DNA of 64,000 nucleotides from an uncultured virus (IMG/VR IMGVR_UViG_3300025141_000033). Taxonomy: Duplodnaviria > Heunggongvirae > Uroviricota > Caudoviricetes. The translations under genes were made by a program, and so were the position numbers. The stretch lies in the IMG/VR virus record IMGVR_UViG_3300025141_000033; one strand, 5' to 3'. The notes below the pieces were generated by a model. That model saw only the letters and a list, made by a program, of their open reading frames with translations, was not told where the DNA came from and did no database searches. Positions 1 through 9,217 of the stretch are shown here, in pieces. The stretch's first letter is position 1; each line of letters starts with the position of its first letter.

Positions 1-328
1 ACAAGCGGCGTTGGTTGTCAAGCATTATTTATCGCGGTATTGCGGGGAAAAGCGGACAAATGCTGTCCTATGCGGTAGAAATGCGGGCTTGTTGGTTGCG
101 TTTGGTTTGTGGGGGTATACTAGATCCCTCCCGCATTCCACCGCACATCTCCCGCAGCACTCTCAACCCCATCAATAAAAGTCTTCGCTCTCAGGAGCCT
201 GTACAGCACATTCCACCATTTACCACTACATCCCACTACAACCCACTTTCTGTTTACATCTCATCCACAAATCAACAAAATAACCCACAAATGTACATAA
301 TCAATAAAACACTTATCTTACCTCTCAT

Positions 329-628
329 CTATCTCTCACTAGGCGGAGTCTTCCAAGCAACAGAATCATAATACATTCGCAGCATACTTGCAAGAGTGTA
401 CAGAACATCAGCTTTTGATTGATCATTGTGTACAGAGCAAGACCTTGCCTTAGACAACATGTCCCTGTGAATACTATGGAAGTGTTGTACATCTGTGATC
501 ACCATACCATCTAAGGCTTTGGCGTGTTGATCGGAGATACCTAGGTTACGTGCTTGTTGATACTTGACTGTGATTTCCATGTCTATGTCTACTACCTTAT
601 TTCTTTTGTTGTCTCGGGGATATGTCAT
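329..628 (-). CDS. hypothetical protein
   Basis: 99-aa ORF on the coding strand of the region; no recognisable motif. Confidence 0.55.
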   Translation of the reverse strand: MTYPRDNKRNKVVDIDMEITVKYQQARNLGISDQHAKALDGMVITDVQHFHSIHRDMLSKARSCSVHNDQSKADVLYTLASMLRMYYDSVAWKTPPSER

Positions 629-667
629 TCATCATCCCCATCATCGCAGTCTTTTGATTTTGCTCTT

Positions 668-1015
668 CTACTCTTGATCTTGACCAGTATGACCAGTAAC
701 CAGCTTGAACTTTGTCTTGTTTCCGTTAGATGTGATCTTAGCCACTTTGCCGTCAGGAGTGAGCAGGCTACAAATCCAATATTGCCCGTACTCTTTGAGG
801 ATCTCCGGGCGGCGTACAAGGGGCTCGCAGCTCAAACAAACGAACACATCACCATCGGTATATCTGCGGGGGGACTTCCCGATAATATGCGTGCTTCGTA
901 GGTACCCTGTTCCATCCATAACCATCGTATTCTCAAACTTGTTTTTGGCTATCCTCTGGAGCATGTACATTCTACCCTTTACCATCCATGGCTTGTGCTT
1001 CTTCATATCTTTCAT
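668..1015 (-). CDS. hypothetical protein
   Basis: 115-aa ORF, co-oriented with neighbours. Confidence 0.6.
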   Translation of the reverse strand: MKDMKKHKPWMVKGRMYMLQRIAKNKFENTMVMDGTGYLRSTHIIGKSPRRYTDGDVFVCLSCEPLVRRPEILKEYGQYWICSLLTPDGKVAKITSNGNKTKFKLVTGHTGQDQE

Positions 1016-1360
1016 CTTATTCTTGTTTCTGTGTTCTCGGGCTTGTCTCGGTTGCTCGGTTGCTCAGTTCAGGCAGACGTTAAAGGCGATTCGTACATCA
1101 TAGCCTTGGGCGCGCCAGTTCTTAAATGCGATCAGGGCTCGCTCTACGGAGTTAAAGACTTCAAAGAGGACGCCATTGATGTATAGGTTGTGCTCGTTCA
1201 TTGCGTTTATTGCTCCTTGTGCTCGTATAACGGATCTCAAGCGGAAAACTTTAGGACAGAGCGGAAAAAATGGTGCGGAAGATGTAGAACGAAGCGTAGA
1301 AGGCGAGGTAACCGATAGCTCCAAGCCAAATTGCGCTCGCTGTGCTCTTGATAATGCCCT

Positions 1361-2197
1361 TCATTTTGCGGTTGCCTTTGCCATTTTCTTGGCACGACGA
1401 TTTGTCTTCAGCCATCGTTCCTCAATGATATAGGTGGTGGCTGAGCCAACGGGCAGAACCTTGTAACAGCGGGTGCCCTTGGCAGCGTTGATCACAGGCA
1501 GTCCATCATTTTGGATGACGACCATCGCCTTATTGTAAAGGCGGACGTGGACACCTCTCATGTTGTGGATTCCTGCGCCGCCGGTCACCATAGCACCCAC
1601 AGGAAATTTAGGGGGAGCCTCATAGGCAGCAATAACTTTCTGAGCATACTTGTTCTCAACGATCTTGGCGTATTCTCGCTGGGTGGGCACAAAGCCGGGC
1701 TCATCCAGCACGCGGCGAGAAAGAGCACTAAAATAGCCGGTTGTCCTGTAATAGCGGGCAGCGCGAACAGCGGCAAGGCGCAGGGTGGCGTCCGCCTTGT
1801 ACCGCTCCTGCCACGTCTCTTTGGCTGCCATGGCTTCGTCGCTGTATTGTTCTTCCTTCTCCACGAAAACATCCATTTGTCGGTCTGTCAGTGGGCGGCC
1901 GCGGTTGATTTGGACCTTAAGGCTCTGGAGGAAATCAGCGTCCCAAGTGCCAACGGCGCGTGCCTTAATTCTTTCGATGCGGGCAAGAATGGAGGGACTC
2001 TCTTCTTTGCGGGCTACAATTGCATCAGCGGACCAGCGGTCTTCCAACTCGCGAACGATTCGGGCACGGCCGGGGGTTAGCTTTCCCTTGCGATTGTAGA
2101 AAGAAAGCAGCGACTCCACAAAGATGAGATCAGACGGATCCAGATCTGGGTTATCGATGAGGGCTTGGAGGCGGTCGCGGTATGTGATGCGTGGCAT
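1361..2197 (-). CDS. hypothetical protein with internal repeat (DxxFxxSL..Q/F...GR.LT.xQ) and C-terminal SH3/KOW-like segment
   Basis: 278 aa; SD (AGGAG) and promoter upstream; 'FVESLLSFYNRKGKLTPGR' / 'FLQSLKVQINRGRPLTDRQ' repeat; 'FPVGAMV' start of barrel. Confidence 0.8.
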   Translation of the reverse strand: MPRITYRDRLQALIDNPDLDPSDLIFVESLLSFYNRKGKLTPGRARIVRELEDRWSADAIVARKEESPSILARIERIKARAVGTWDADFLQSLKVQINRGRPLTDRQMDVFVEKEEQYSDEAMAAKETWQERYKADATLRLAAVRAARYYRTTGYFSALSRRVLDEPGFVPTQREYAKIVENKYAQKVIAAYEAPPKFPVGAMVTGGAGIHNMRGVHVRLYNKAMVVIQNDGLPVINAAKGTRCYKVLPVGSATTYIIEERWLKTNRRAKKMAKATAK

Positions 2198-2221
2198 AGA
2201 ATTCTCCTTCTTTATGCCCTT

Positions 2222-2285
2222 ATTATACCTGTTCTCACCCCTGTTGTCAAGCGCAAGATGTCAGGTGTTTGTCAGGAGTTGTTAG
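2222..2285 (-). promoter_or_regulatory. class I element: sigma70 promoter plus upstream TGACA direct repeats
   Basis: -10 TATAAT 2222-2227, -35 TTGACA 2245-2250 (17 bp), extra boxes at 2259, 2270 (and 2280). Confidence 0.85.
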
Positions 2286-2494
2286 ACACCTGATACAAGT
2301 TCGAAGGCGGTATGACGACCCTTCACGCGGCTGCTCTTCTTCGTGGTCCACGAGCTAAGCGAGACAGGAGAGATAAATTGAACCTCAAACCCCCCGCCAT
2401 TCTCGTCCCACATGAAATGATCAATGATGGTGCCCAAGGCGCCAGTGGGCAGATGGCGAACGAGACAACCGATGGTCATACGGCCAGCCATCAT
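2282..2494 (-). CDS. small SH3/KOW-like protein
   Basis: 'MTIGCLVRH..GALGTII' pattern shared with many local paralogs. Confidence 0.65.
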   Translation of the reverse strand: MMAGRMTIGCLVRHLPTGALGTIIDHFMWDENGGGFEVQFISPVSLSSWTTKKSSRVKGRHTAFELVSGV

Positions 2495-2889
2495 TCCGTC
2501 TCGCGTGCGAAGCCAACGATGGGACGCCCGGCTGCGGCATTGACCGATAGCGCGGACTGTTGATCGACTGCGGTTAGATATTCTTGCTGTGCGATGATCT
2601 TCATCTCATCCGCCCAATTGGCTGCGGCTTCGCAGATACCGCGAAAGTCATAGAGACGGGTGCCATCGTCGGCGGTGCGCGAGCATGCGAGTCCAGACAA
2701 GATCAGCATCTCGCAGGCGTTCGTGATGTCTTCGGTCAAGAGAGAGCCATCATCATCGCCAAGCTCGATCATACGCTGGGCGAGATCGTTGGTGCTGGCT
2801 GCGCCGGATTCAAAGAGGATTTGTGAAATCACAGCTTCGCGGGAAGTAAGCAGGATGCCGTTATAATTTTGGACTTCGTTCTTTTTCAT
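2491..2889 (-). CDS. hypothetical protein (possible winged-helix)
   Basis: Start reassigned to MKKNEV at 2889 (SD AAGGAG, downstream of promoter). Confidence 0.65.
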   Translation of the reverse strand: MKKNEVQNYNGILLTSREAVISQILFESGAASTNDLAQRMIELGDDDGSLLTEDITNACEMLILSGLACSRTADDGTRLYDFRGICEAAANWADEMKIIAQQEYLTAVDQQSALSVNAAAGRPIVGFARETE

Positions 2890-2916
2890 CAGGGTGCTCC
2901 TTGTGCTGATGTCTAT

Positions 2917-2970
2917 AGTGTAACGCATTTTGTACCCTGCGTCAAGGGGAGAATGTCAAGAGAGTGTCAA
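2917..2970 (-). promoter_or_regulatory. class I element
   Basis: -10 TACACT 2917-2922, -35 TTGACG 2940-2945, TTGACA boxes at 2954 and 2965. Confidence 0.85.
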
Positions 2971-3263
2971 GAGTTATTCTTTGCTGCCTCGGCCGCCAGT
3001 TCCTCCAATCCGCCAGCAACGTCGGCGAGGGTCATTGCACGGGTCTTAACTCGCTTGGTGCCTGCGCGGTCCAACTTGCCCCATCGGCGTGAATTCACAG
3101 GGTGCTCGCAAATATGGACGTTGGTGATACCCAACGCCTTCATCCGTCGCAACATCTCGCGGGTGGGCTTGATGGCGTCAGGCTTGGTGAGAACAGATTC
3201 ATGACCGGTTGGGATACCGTTGTCGTCGATGCAAACGTGGGTGCGGCTGATGTAAAACTTCAA
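2967..3263 (-). CDS. hypothetical protein
   Basis: 98 aa, TTG start with SD; TGA stop lies inside the distal TTGACA box. Confidence 0.7.
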   Translation of the reverse strand: MKFYISRTHVCIDDNGIPTGHESVLTKPDAIKPTREMLRRMKALGITNVHICEHPVNSRRWGKLDRAGTKRVKTRAMTLADVAGGLEELAAEAAKNNS

Positions 3264-3289
3264 GTGTGAACTCCTTACTTGGTATAACC

Positions 3290-3343
3290 ATTATACAGGA
3301 TCTCACGGTCAATGTCAACCGCAAGATGTCAAGAGAATGTCAA
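3290..3343 (-). promoter_or_regulatory. class I element
   Basis: -10 TATAAT 3290-3295, -35 TTGACA 3313-3318, TTGACA boxes at 3327 and 3338. Confidence 0.9.
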
Positions 3344-3347
3344 GAGT

Positions 3348-4631
3348 TTAGTCAATAGCCACGATCCTCTCAGGGGTCTGGAAATATGGGCGGGCAGCGT
3401 GCTGCTTGGTTGTCATCCACATCCGTTGGCACTTGCTTGGGACAGGGCGGGGCGCGCACAGATCGGTCAGAATGATATGACCGTCGAAGTCGTGAGCATT
3501 CACATACTTTGTAGGCGCGTTAAAGCAGGTGCCTCCTTGCAGGACTCTTTCTGTCTTGCGGGTCTGCCCCTTCTTCCAGGTGTAAATCTTGCTCTCTGCT
3601 ACCTCGGTGTCAAAAGGGATCACTGTGAACTCGGCGATCTCGGCGAGCTTGTTCAGCTCAGAAAAGAAAGCGGTGAGCATCGTATCATCGACGGATCCAG
3701 ACTGGTCAATAGAGACAGCGATCTTAGCCTGACGACGTACACGCTTCCCGGGATGCACACGGGGGTATCTTTTGTTCAGCCGGCGAGGTGTCGAACGCTT
3801 ATCAGCACGCTGGGAAGTGCGAACGAAGTACCGGAGCACCTTGCGCCAATCAACCTTGGTCGCGATGCGCTCAAGAATGTCCTGACGTACCGAATGCGAA
3901 ACTGAGCCCCAGCTACGGGACTTTTCGGCCTCTTCGGCCGCCTTCCTAACGGCTTCCTTCAGACGCTCCTTGGCGATCTCTTGAGTGGTAGCATCACCCT
4001 CGCCAAATTGGTCGTGCTGGTCAAAGGAATCAGCGCCATCAAACGGGTCTCCGTTACCGGGACCTCCCTCGCCTTCGCCACCTTCACCGGGACCCTCTTC
4101 TTGCTCTTCTTGCATCTTCTTAAGGGCGGCAAGGTACCATTCGTAAGTCTTACAAGAAGGAAGATCGATAAATGGACCCTCACCTGGAATGACACCCTGC
4201 ATGGGTTCGCCGGAAGGCATAATAGGACCAGGATCGTTAGCACTGGGGAGCTTGCCAGACATCTCAGGCAGCCCATTAATGGCGAGGTCCATCGCAATGT
4301 TGTCAATGCGCTTAAGTCCATCGACAGGCTTGCGTCCGGTAACGTGCTCGAAAATGATGTGATAGAACTCGTGCATCAAGACGCCAAGCTTATGCTCATC
4401 GGAAAGAAGGCTCATGAATTCAGGGTTGTACAGCAGTTCAAATTGTGCGGTGTCTGGGTTGATGCGTACGCCGGCCGTTGGCACGGCAGTCGTTGAGGTC
4501 TTGTCAATGCGGCGCGAAAGGGCAGCAAAAAACGGCTCCCGCATAAGCAGACGAGCGGTGTGCATGTTCAGGTTGAAGGGCTTGGCAGGAACGCTGGTAG
4601 CTTCGTTCTCGGTCTTGTTCTCGTCAGACAT
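3348..4631 (-). CDS. VWA-domain protein with N-terminal putative metallopeptidase (DUF2201-like)
   Basis: HEFYH zincin motif, acidic/Gly linker, MIDAS 'IDQSGS', 'GGT.F', 'ILTD'. Confidence 0.9.
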   Translation of the reverse strand: MSDENKTENEATSVPAKPFNLNMHTARLLMREPFFAALSRRIDKTSTTAVPTAGVRINPDTAQFELLYNPEFMSLLSDEHKLGVLMHEFYHIIFEHVTGRKPVDGLKRIDNIAMDLAINGLPEMSGKLPSANDPGPIMPSGEPMQGVIPGEGPFIDLPSCKTYEWYLAALKKMQEEQEEGPGEGGEGEGGPGNGDPFDGADSFDQHDQFGEGDATTQEIAKERLKEAVRKAAEEAEKSRSWGSVSHSVRQDILERIATKVDWRKVLRYFVRTSQRADKRSTPRRLNKRYPRVHPGKRVRRQAKIAVSIDQSGSVDDTMLTAFFSELNKLAEIAEFTVIPFDTEVAESKIYTWKKGQTRKTERVLQGGTCFNAPTKYVNAHDFDGHIILTDLCAPRPVPSKCQRMWMTTKQHAARPYFQTPERIVAID

Positions 4632-4656
4632 ATAGTTTGCTCCTTAATACTGTTCT

Positions 4657-4710
4657 ATTATAGCAGAGAGACGCTTGGATGTCAATGGTCAAATGTCAAG
4701 AGAATGTCAA
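4657..4710 (-). promoter_or_regulatory. class I element
   Basis: -10 TATAAT 4657-4662, -35 TTGACA 4680-4685, TTGACA boxes at 4694 and 4705. Confidence 0.9.
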
Positions 4711-4940
4711 GAGATCTTGTTGAATGATGCGCGGACGGCCAAGTCCTTCCACCACTCTTTTTTTCCGTTCACATATAGCAGATACTCGGCTCTCTTCTCA
4801 GACGTGGATCCATATGCGGTCTTGTTAAGCTCGCGGCATTCCAACACTATCGCGGGGGACCACTTACTGCGTAGCCATCCGTCGCCCAGTGTTGGAATGA
4901 TAAGCTCACCGACCTGATACTTTGGGCTTCGCTTTCTCAA
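4707..4940 (-). CDS. small SH3/KOW-like protein
   Basis: 'KYQVGELI...AIVLE...YLLY..G...W'; stop inside distal TTGACA box. Confidence 0.7.
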   Translation of the reverse strand: MRKRSPKYQVGELIIPTLGDGWLRSKWSPAIVLECRELNKTAYGSTSEKRAEYLLYVNGKKEWWKDLAVRASFNKIS

Positions 4941-4946
4941 CTATTC

Positions 4947-6035
4947 CTATTCCTCGACTTCCCCACCAAGGATCTCAACAAGGTGGTTGCTAACTCTCAC
5001 TCCGTCGTTGGTCTCGGACTTGTGAAGGTTGATCACGTTGTCGATGTTCTCGGAATCGCCAAGAGCGGTCCAGAGCTTCATGGCTACCTCGGAGGGCAGC
5101 GTGATGAAGTACTCGGCAAGGTTCTTGATCTGATCCGCGCTCAAGGTCTCGGTGAACACCTTCGAAGCTTCGAACTTTTCAATCATTGCGGAGTGATCGT
5201 TGATACCCCATTGCTCAGTCTTGGAAAGATCACCGGCGTCAAGGATATCCTCGATCGTGACCTGCCACTCGTAACGCTCCACGAAATCGCGGAGAGACAC
5301 AGCCGCCTCAAAGCCCAAGAAGGCTGTCGCGAGGTTGAAAAGGAGGTCGCGGTTGCCCTCTTCATCAAATACACCAGCAGGGGCAGCAGAGTCATTGAAG
5401 CGGACCCAGGAACGGCGAGAAGGGTAAACCTTGTTTGGCTCGAAGTCGCCAGCATGCTCCAGGTGCATACGGTTCATGTTCACGAAGTCCCACAGAATAG
5501 GGTTGACCTTGCCGGTCGACCACTTAAGCCAGTCCTCGGTGGATGGCTCGACATCAAACACGGTCCAGCGATCCAATTCGGCAGGGTCCATTTCGCCAAC
5601 TTGGTACTGGGCACCGCTCTCGCCACCGTTGACAGCGGCAATAATCAGTGTCTCTGGGTGGAGGTTCCAACCGTTCAGCTTGCGGGAATCGGTCAACTCA
5701 AACAATCCTTGGCGCACCTCCATGGTGGCACGGTCAACTTCGTCAAGGAAAAGTACAACGGCTTCCTCGCAAGCGGTCACAAGCCAGTCGGGAGCGTTCC
5801 AGGTGGTAGCCTTGCGTCCGTTGATGGTCGTGTCGGCTGTGTCAGGCAGACCAAGAAGATCACCCTCTGTCATCTGCGAAGCGCGGCGCTCTACAACCGG
5901 AAGGTCGCGATCTGCGGCGATCTGATAGACCACTTGCGACTTGCCAACACCGTGGCGGCCGCGCAGCAGCACGGGCAGCTTGGCGTCAAGAATGTGAGGG
6001 ACAGTGGTCATGAAAGTGGCGAAATCGACGGACAT
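4947..6035 (-). CDS. MoxR-like AAA+ ATPase
   Basis: Walker A GRHGVGKS, Walker B LFLDEVDRA, sensor 'AAVN', 'MDPAELDRW', 'PSRRSW'. Confidence 0.92.
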   Translation of the reverse strand: MSVDFATFMTTVPHILDAKLPVLLRGRHGVGKSQVVYQIAADRDLPVVERRASQMTEGDLLGLPDTADTTINGRKATTWNAPDWLVTACEEAVVLFLDEVDRATMEVRQGLFELTDSRKLNGWNLHPETLIIAAVNGGESGAQYQVGEMDPAELDRWTVFDVEPSTEDWLKWSTGKVNPILWDFVNMNRMHLEHAGDFEPNKVYPSRRSWVRFNDSAAPAGVFDEEGNRDLLFNLATAFLGFEAAVSLRDFVERYEWQVTIEDILDAGDLSKTEQWGINDHSAMIEKFEASKVFTETLSADQIKNLAEYFITLPSEVAMKLWTALGDSENIDNVINLHKSETNDGVRVSNHLVEILGGEVEE

Positions 6036-6080
6036 TTATGTTCTCCAGTGGAGTGGGTTGCTTCTCTATCTTACTTAGTA

Positions 6081-6134
6081 AGTATACCAGAAGAAAAGCA
6101 ATGTGTCAAGGGTTTAATGTCAGAGATATGTTAA
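6081..6134 (-). promoter_or_regulatory. class I element
   Basis: -10 TATACT 6081-6086, -35 TTGACA 6104-6109, boxes CTGACA 6118 and TTAACA 6129. Confidence 0.85.
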
Positions 6135-6166
6135 GAAGCTTGTCATTCAACTCAAGGCGGCCGCCC

Positions 6167-7036
6167 TTAGCTCGAATAGGCATTGATAGGCAGACTGAGA
6201 GACAGGCGAGCTTCTCCAACGAAGGTGCCCTTGACTGGCTCTCGCAGATATCGCCACATGCGGTCTTGACCAGGAGGGAGAGCTTCACGAATGGGTAGAA
6301 CGCTGGAGGGTTCGAGGAAGTTGGCAGGGGGTTCTGCGAGTCTGCCAGAGCCAAGTACACGGTTGCGGTGGTTGCCGTCGGGTTGGTCGGCTTGCTTCTT
6401 CGCCAATGCTTGCGCAGTTCCGAGACTAAAAGGGACCATATATCTGCCCAGAGAGTTAGCGCTCGTTGTCACACTAAAGATATCAGGATCTTGCATCTCA
6501 GCGTCAATTCTTACAAAGTTCACGCTGCTCACAAGACCGATCGCGGGGTACTTGCCCCATGGCTTATCACCTGCGGGACCATAAGACCAACTATCTTGAA
6601 TGACCAGAGAGCCAAGACCAACACCGGACTCTCTGTATTTCTTAAGCCAAGCCTTTCGCACCTCGATGGTGGCGGCAACATAGACCTTATAATCGTTCTT
6701 CATGTTCTTGCACGTGCGGCGAGTATGCCCACAACGCCGGCAGTAGCCACAGCGAGTGAGCCTCATTCGGGTCTTCTTCTGTTCCTCGGTCTTCTTGACA
6801 GGTTTGTTCGTTGCTGGGTCGATGCCGGAACGAGCGATAATTCTCTTGCGGATATTTTCGGATAGTCGGGTACGCATCGACGTTTGGTCAAGCTCTCCCT
6901 TTGCCGAATGCGCCTTGGCCGAGACAACATGGCTATCGTAGGTCCGACGCATCGCCTCCGTCAGCGATTTGCAAGTGCGAGAGTTGTGGCCGCGACATCC
7001 ACAGTGTCCACAAGTAACGGTTCCATTCCAAGACAT
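6167..7036 (-). CDS. zinc-knuckle protein
   Basis: Two CxxCxxxGHxxxxC motifs (CGHCGCRGHNSRTC; CGYCRRCGHTRRTC). Confidence 0.8.
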   Translation of the reverse strand: MSWNGTVTCGHCGCRGHNSRTCKSLTEAMRRTYDSHVVSAKAHSAKGELDQTSMRTRLSENIRKRIIARSGIDPATNKPVKKTEEQKKTRMRLTRCGYCRRCGHTRRTCKNMKNDYKVYVAATIEVRKAWLKKYRESGVGLGSLVIQDSWSYGPAGDKPWGKYPAIGLVSSVNFVRIDAEMQDPDIFSVTTSANSLGRYMVPFSLGTAQALAKKQADQPDGNHRNRVLGSGRLAEPPANFLEPSSVLPIREALPPGQDRMWRYLREPVKGTFVGEARLSLSLPINAYSS

Positions 7037-7079
7037 ATCTTTCTACTCCTTATAGGGGATTCTTCTTTCTTTCCCCTTA

Positions 7080-7133
7080 ATTATACTCGATCCCGGGCTT
7101 GAAGTCAAGGCTTGAATGTTAGAGGATTGTCAA
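7080..7133 (-). promoter_or_regulatory. class I element
   Basis: -10 TATAAT 7080-7085, -35 TTGACT 7103-7108, boxes CTAACA 7117 and TTGACA 7128. Confidence 0.85.
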
Positions 7134-7294
7134 GAGTCACTGACAACCACAAAATGCCCCCCAAATCGGCCGGAGCGATAGACCCCGGTGTGACACCAAA
7201 CGACATCAATGAATTCTTCCATGTGGATCTTTTGGGTCGCTACAACGATGGCGATGTTTCCCAGCCGACTGCGAACAAGATCACCGACCTTCAT
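7130..7294 (-). CDS. small SH3/KOW-like protein (54 aa, below ORF-track cutoff)
   Basis: Manual translation MKVGDLVRSRLGNIAIVVATQKIHMEEFIDVVWCHTGVYRSGRFGGHFVVVSDS*; stop inside distal box. Confidence 0.8.
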   Translation of the reverse strand: MKVGDLVRSRLGNIAIVVATQKIHMEEFIDVVWCHTGVYRSGRFGGHFVVVSDS

Positions 7295-7776
7295 GATACT
7301 ATCTCCAAGTCACGCTCTGGGTACGTTGGCCAACCAAATCGGGGCTCTTCCGCACCCACCCACGCAACGCGGACGTACTTGCCACCAACCGTCTGCATCA
7401 CAAGCCCGACGTGACCAGCGAAGCCTTGGCGGATGGCTCGCTTATTCTGCTTACCGCGAACGAGTTCGCCAGCACGGAACTTACTGGGTGGAGGCAACAT
7501 GCTTTCGCAAACCTGCGTGATGTTGTCGCGGAAAGAGCCAGCAAAGTAGTCGGTCATCGAATCGCTGTGGTCGTTGACACTGCGAACGTGATAGTTTGTT
7601 GCATCCGCCTCCAGTGCTTCGGGTGAACCTGTGCGGGCACCGTTGGGGAAAAAAGATCCCACTTGTCCATTGTAGACGAAAGTGTAGCGGTGACCAACGA
7701 TCTCCATCTTTACCTCTGGATGTCCGTGCTTCTTAAAGTAATTTTCGACCTTCTTGATGGCTGCGGCAACTTTCAT
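7291..7776 (-). CDS. hypothetical protein with C-terminal SH3/KOW-like domain
   Basis: Start MKVAAAI with SD; C-terminal 'FRAGELVRG..GLVMQ..VRVAW..DLEIVS'. Confidence 0.8.
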   Translation of the reverse strand: MKVAAAIKKVENYFKKHGHPEVKMEIVGHRYTFVYNGQVGSFFPNGARTGSPEALEADATNYHVRSVNDHSDSMTDYFAGSFRDNITQVCESMLPPPSKFRAGELVRGKQNKRAIRQGFAGHVGLVMQTVGGKYVRVAWVGAEEPRFGWPTYPERDLEIVS

Positions 7777-7800
7777 AGTGCTCTCCTTTAATGTCTTTAT

Positions 7801-7854
7801 ATTATACTTGATCTCAGACTTAAAGTCAAGACTCAAATGTCAGGGGCTTGTCAA
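7801..7854 (-). promoter_or_regulatory. class I element
   Basis: -10 TATAAT 7801-7806, -35 TTGACT 7824-7829, boxes CTGACA 7838 and TTGACA 7849. Confidence 0.88.
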
Positions 7855-7863
7855 GAATCACTT

Positions 7864-8022
7864 TCACACTATCACCTTGATCAGATGTGGCATAACCCAG
7901 TTGATCCTGCCATCATTCCAATGGACTACTGGGCACGTGTTCCCAAGTCCACCCCAGCCCACAACGATCCCCAGCATGCCGGACTCAGAATTGCGGCTTC
8001 TAACCAGTTCACCGACTTTCAT
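7864..8022 (-). CDS. small SH3/KOW-like protein (52 aa)
   Basis: Manual translation MKVGELVRSRNSESGMLGIVVGWGGLGNTCPVVHWNDGRINWVMPHLIKVIV*. Confidence 0.8.
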   Translation of the reverse strand: MKVGELVRSRNSESGMLGIVVGWGGLGNTCPVVHWNDGRINWVMPHLIKVIV

Positions 8023-8218
8023 TGATCACCTCCAGTTGCGAGCGGCCGAACAAGTGGACACCGCTGTATCGGGCATCGGAGAAGAAAACTTCACGGTTAC
8101 CGGACACAAGCACCTCGAAGATGGCGGGGAGCCGTGTGTTTCCCGGCGCCACCTGCTTAATGATAACTCCAACGAGTCCATCAACGTGCTTTGCCGTCAC
8201 CAGATCACCGACTTTCAT
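8009..8218 (-). CDS. small SH3/KOW-like protein
   Basis: MKVGDLV...GLVGVII...LEVINESR. Confidence 0.8.
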   Translation of the reverse strand: MKVGDLVTAKHVDGLVGVIIKQVAPGNTRLPAIFEVLVSGNREVFFSDARYSGVHLFGRSQLEVINESR

Positions 8219-8231
8219 TGATCACCTCCAG
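8009..8231. repeat. 27-bp direct repeat at gene junctions (8009-8035, 8205-8231); 24-bp copy at 9198-9221
   Basis: tcaccgactttcattgatcacctccag; on the minus strand it encodes LEVINESR* overlapping SD+MKVG. Confidence 0.9.
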
Positions 8232-8405
8232 CTTGTAGAGAGTTACATCAAGGTGGCGAACCTTACGTCCGTCCATCAGTTGGACCACCCACACCTCTCT
8301 TCGGTTGCGGTGGATGCCTCGCGGGACTCTCTCGATCTCGGTGACAAGACCAATAGCCCCGCCAATGCTATGATCACGAACGAGGTTTCCGGGGACAGGT
8401 TCCAT
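8205..8405 (-). CDS. small SH3/KOW-like protein
   Basis: MEPVPGNLVRD..AIGLVTE..VQLMDG..LEVINESR. Confidence 0.8.
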   Translation of the reverse strand: MEPVPGNLVRDHSIGGAIGLVTEIERVPRGIHRNRREVWVVQLMDGRKVRHLDVTLYKLEVINESR

Positions 8406-8430
8406 ATCTTTCTCCTTACTTGGTATAACC

Positions 8431-8484
8431 ATTATACTTGAAAGCCGGGGTAATGTCAACCGAAAGATGTCAGGAGTTTGTCAA
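8431..8484 (-). promoter_or_regulatory. class I element
   Basis: -10 TATAAT 8431-8436, -35 TTGACA 8454-8459, boxes at 8468 and 8479; leader identical to 3271-3296. Confidence 0.9.
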
Positions 8485-8811
8485 CTTGATGTTCGTAACA
8501 TGCTTACACTTGCGACGGAAGCCGAAGCCTGGACAGGTGCAGGAGTATAGTCCGCTACGCATCTTGACCGTGTAAAGGTCGCCCTTGCTTCCGGTCACTT
8601 GCCACTCTTCATTTTCTTCTGTGTTCTCGGGCACTTCCGGCGTTAGGCTCTCATAGACTGCATACTTGTGGATGTCATCGTAGGTTGTGCCGGCAGGGAC
8701 CTTGATCCACTGACCGGCGACTACAAAGCGTTGGCCACCGAAGGTCATCAGGGCAGGCCGAATTGAGACTTTGACAGGGAACTTCAAAATGACCCCTGAT
8801 CGATATCCCAT
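8470..8811 (-). CDS. SWIM zinc-finger protein
   Basis: 'VTGSKGDLYTV...YSCTCPGFGFRRKCKH' (CxC-x7-CxH). Confidence 0.8.
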   Translation of the reverse strand: MGYRSGVILKFPVKVSIRPALMTFGGQRFVVAGQWIKVPAGTTYDDIHKYAVYESLTPEVPENTEENEEWQVTGSKGDLYTVKMRSGLYSCTCPGFGFRRKCKHVTNIKLTNS

Positions 8812-8821
8812 TTTGCGCCCC

Positions 8822-8929
8822 TTACAGCGGACAATTAATGTAGTGGACAGCCAAGATGGCCAAAGTGACCCAGCAAGCAACATCGGCGCCGATGGCAAGG
8901 TTACGAAGAGTGGTAGGGCTCAAGTTCAT
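8822..8929 (-). CDS. small hydrophobic peptide (35 aa)
   Basis: Manual translation MNLSPTTLRNLAIGADVACWVTLAILAVHYINCPL*, SD GGAGG, directly behind promoter. Confidence 0.55.
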   Translation of the reverse strand: MNLSPTTLRNLAIGADVACWVTLAILAVHYINCPL

Positions 8930-8954
8930 ATCTGTACCTCCTTAGTACTTCTCT

Positions 8955-9008
8955 ATTATAGCAAATGTCTGTGTGAGTGTCAAGGACCAAATGTCAGGAA
9001 CTTGTCAA
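8955..9008 (-). promoter_or_regulatory. class I element
   Basis: -10 TATAAT 8955-8960, -35 TTGACA 8978-8983, boxes at 8992 and 9003. Confidence 0.9.
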
Positions 9009-9217
9009 GCCTCACTTAATATTTCTAAAGAGTGGTCCCATAGCCAAGCATTGCCATCGGGAAACATTACCAACGCACGAAGATCCACCCAGGTTGTTCC
9101 GTCCTGTACAGAAACGTCTTCTTCGATCGCAATCACAAGCCCAGCGGCAGGACCATTCTTCGCGTGACGATCATCGTTGAAGTCGGGCATCCACCGTACC
9201 AGATCACCGACTTTCAT
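9005..9217 (-). CDS. small SH3/KOW-like protein
   Basis: MKVGDLVRW...GLVIA...VMFPDG...LEILSEA; stop inside distal box. Confidence 0.8.
   Translation of the reverse strand: MKVGDLVRWMPDFNDDRHAKNGPAAGLVIAIEEDVSVQDGTTWVDLRALVMFPDGNAWLWDHSLEILSEA

Noticed and set aside
4983..6134. Long plus-strand ORFs (e.g. 383 aa at 4983-6134, 222 aa at 36945-37613, 188 aa at 44903-45469)
   Set aside because: Antisense shadows of well-supported minus-strand genes, with no motifs of their own
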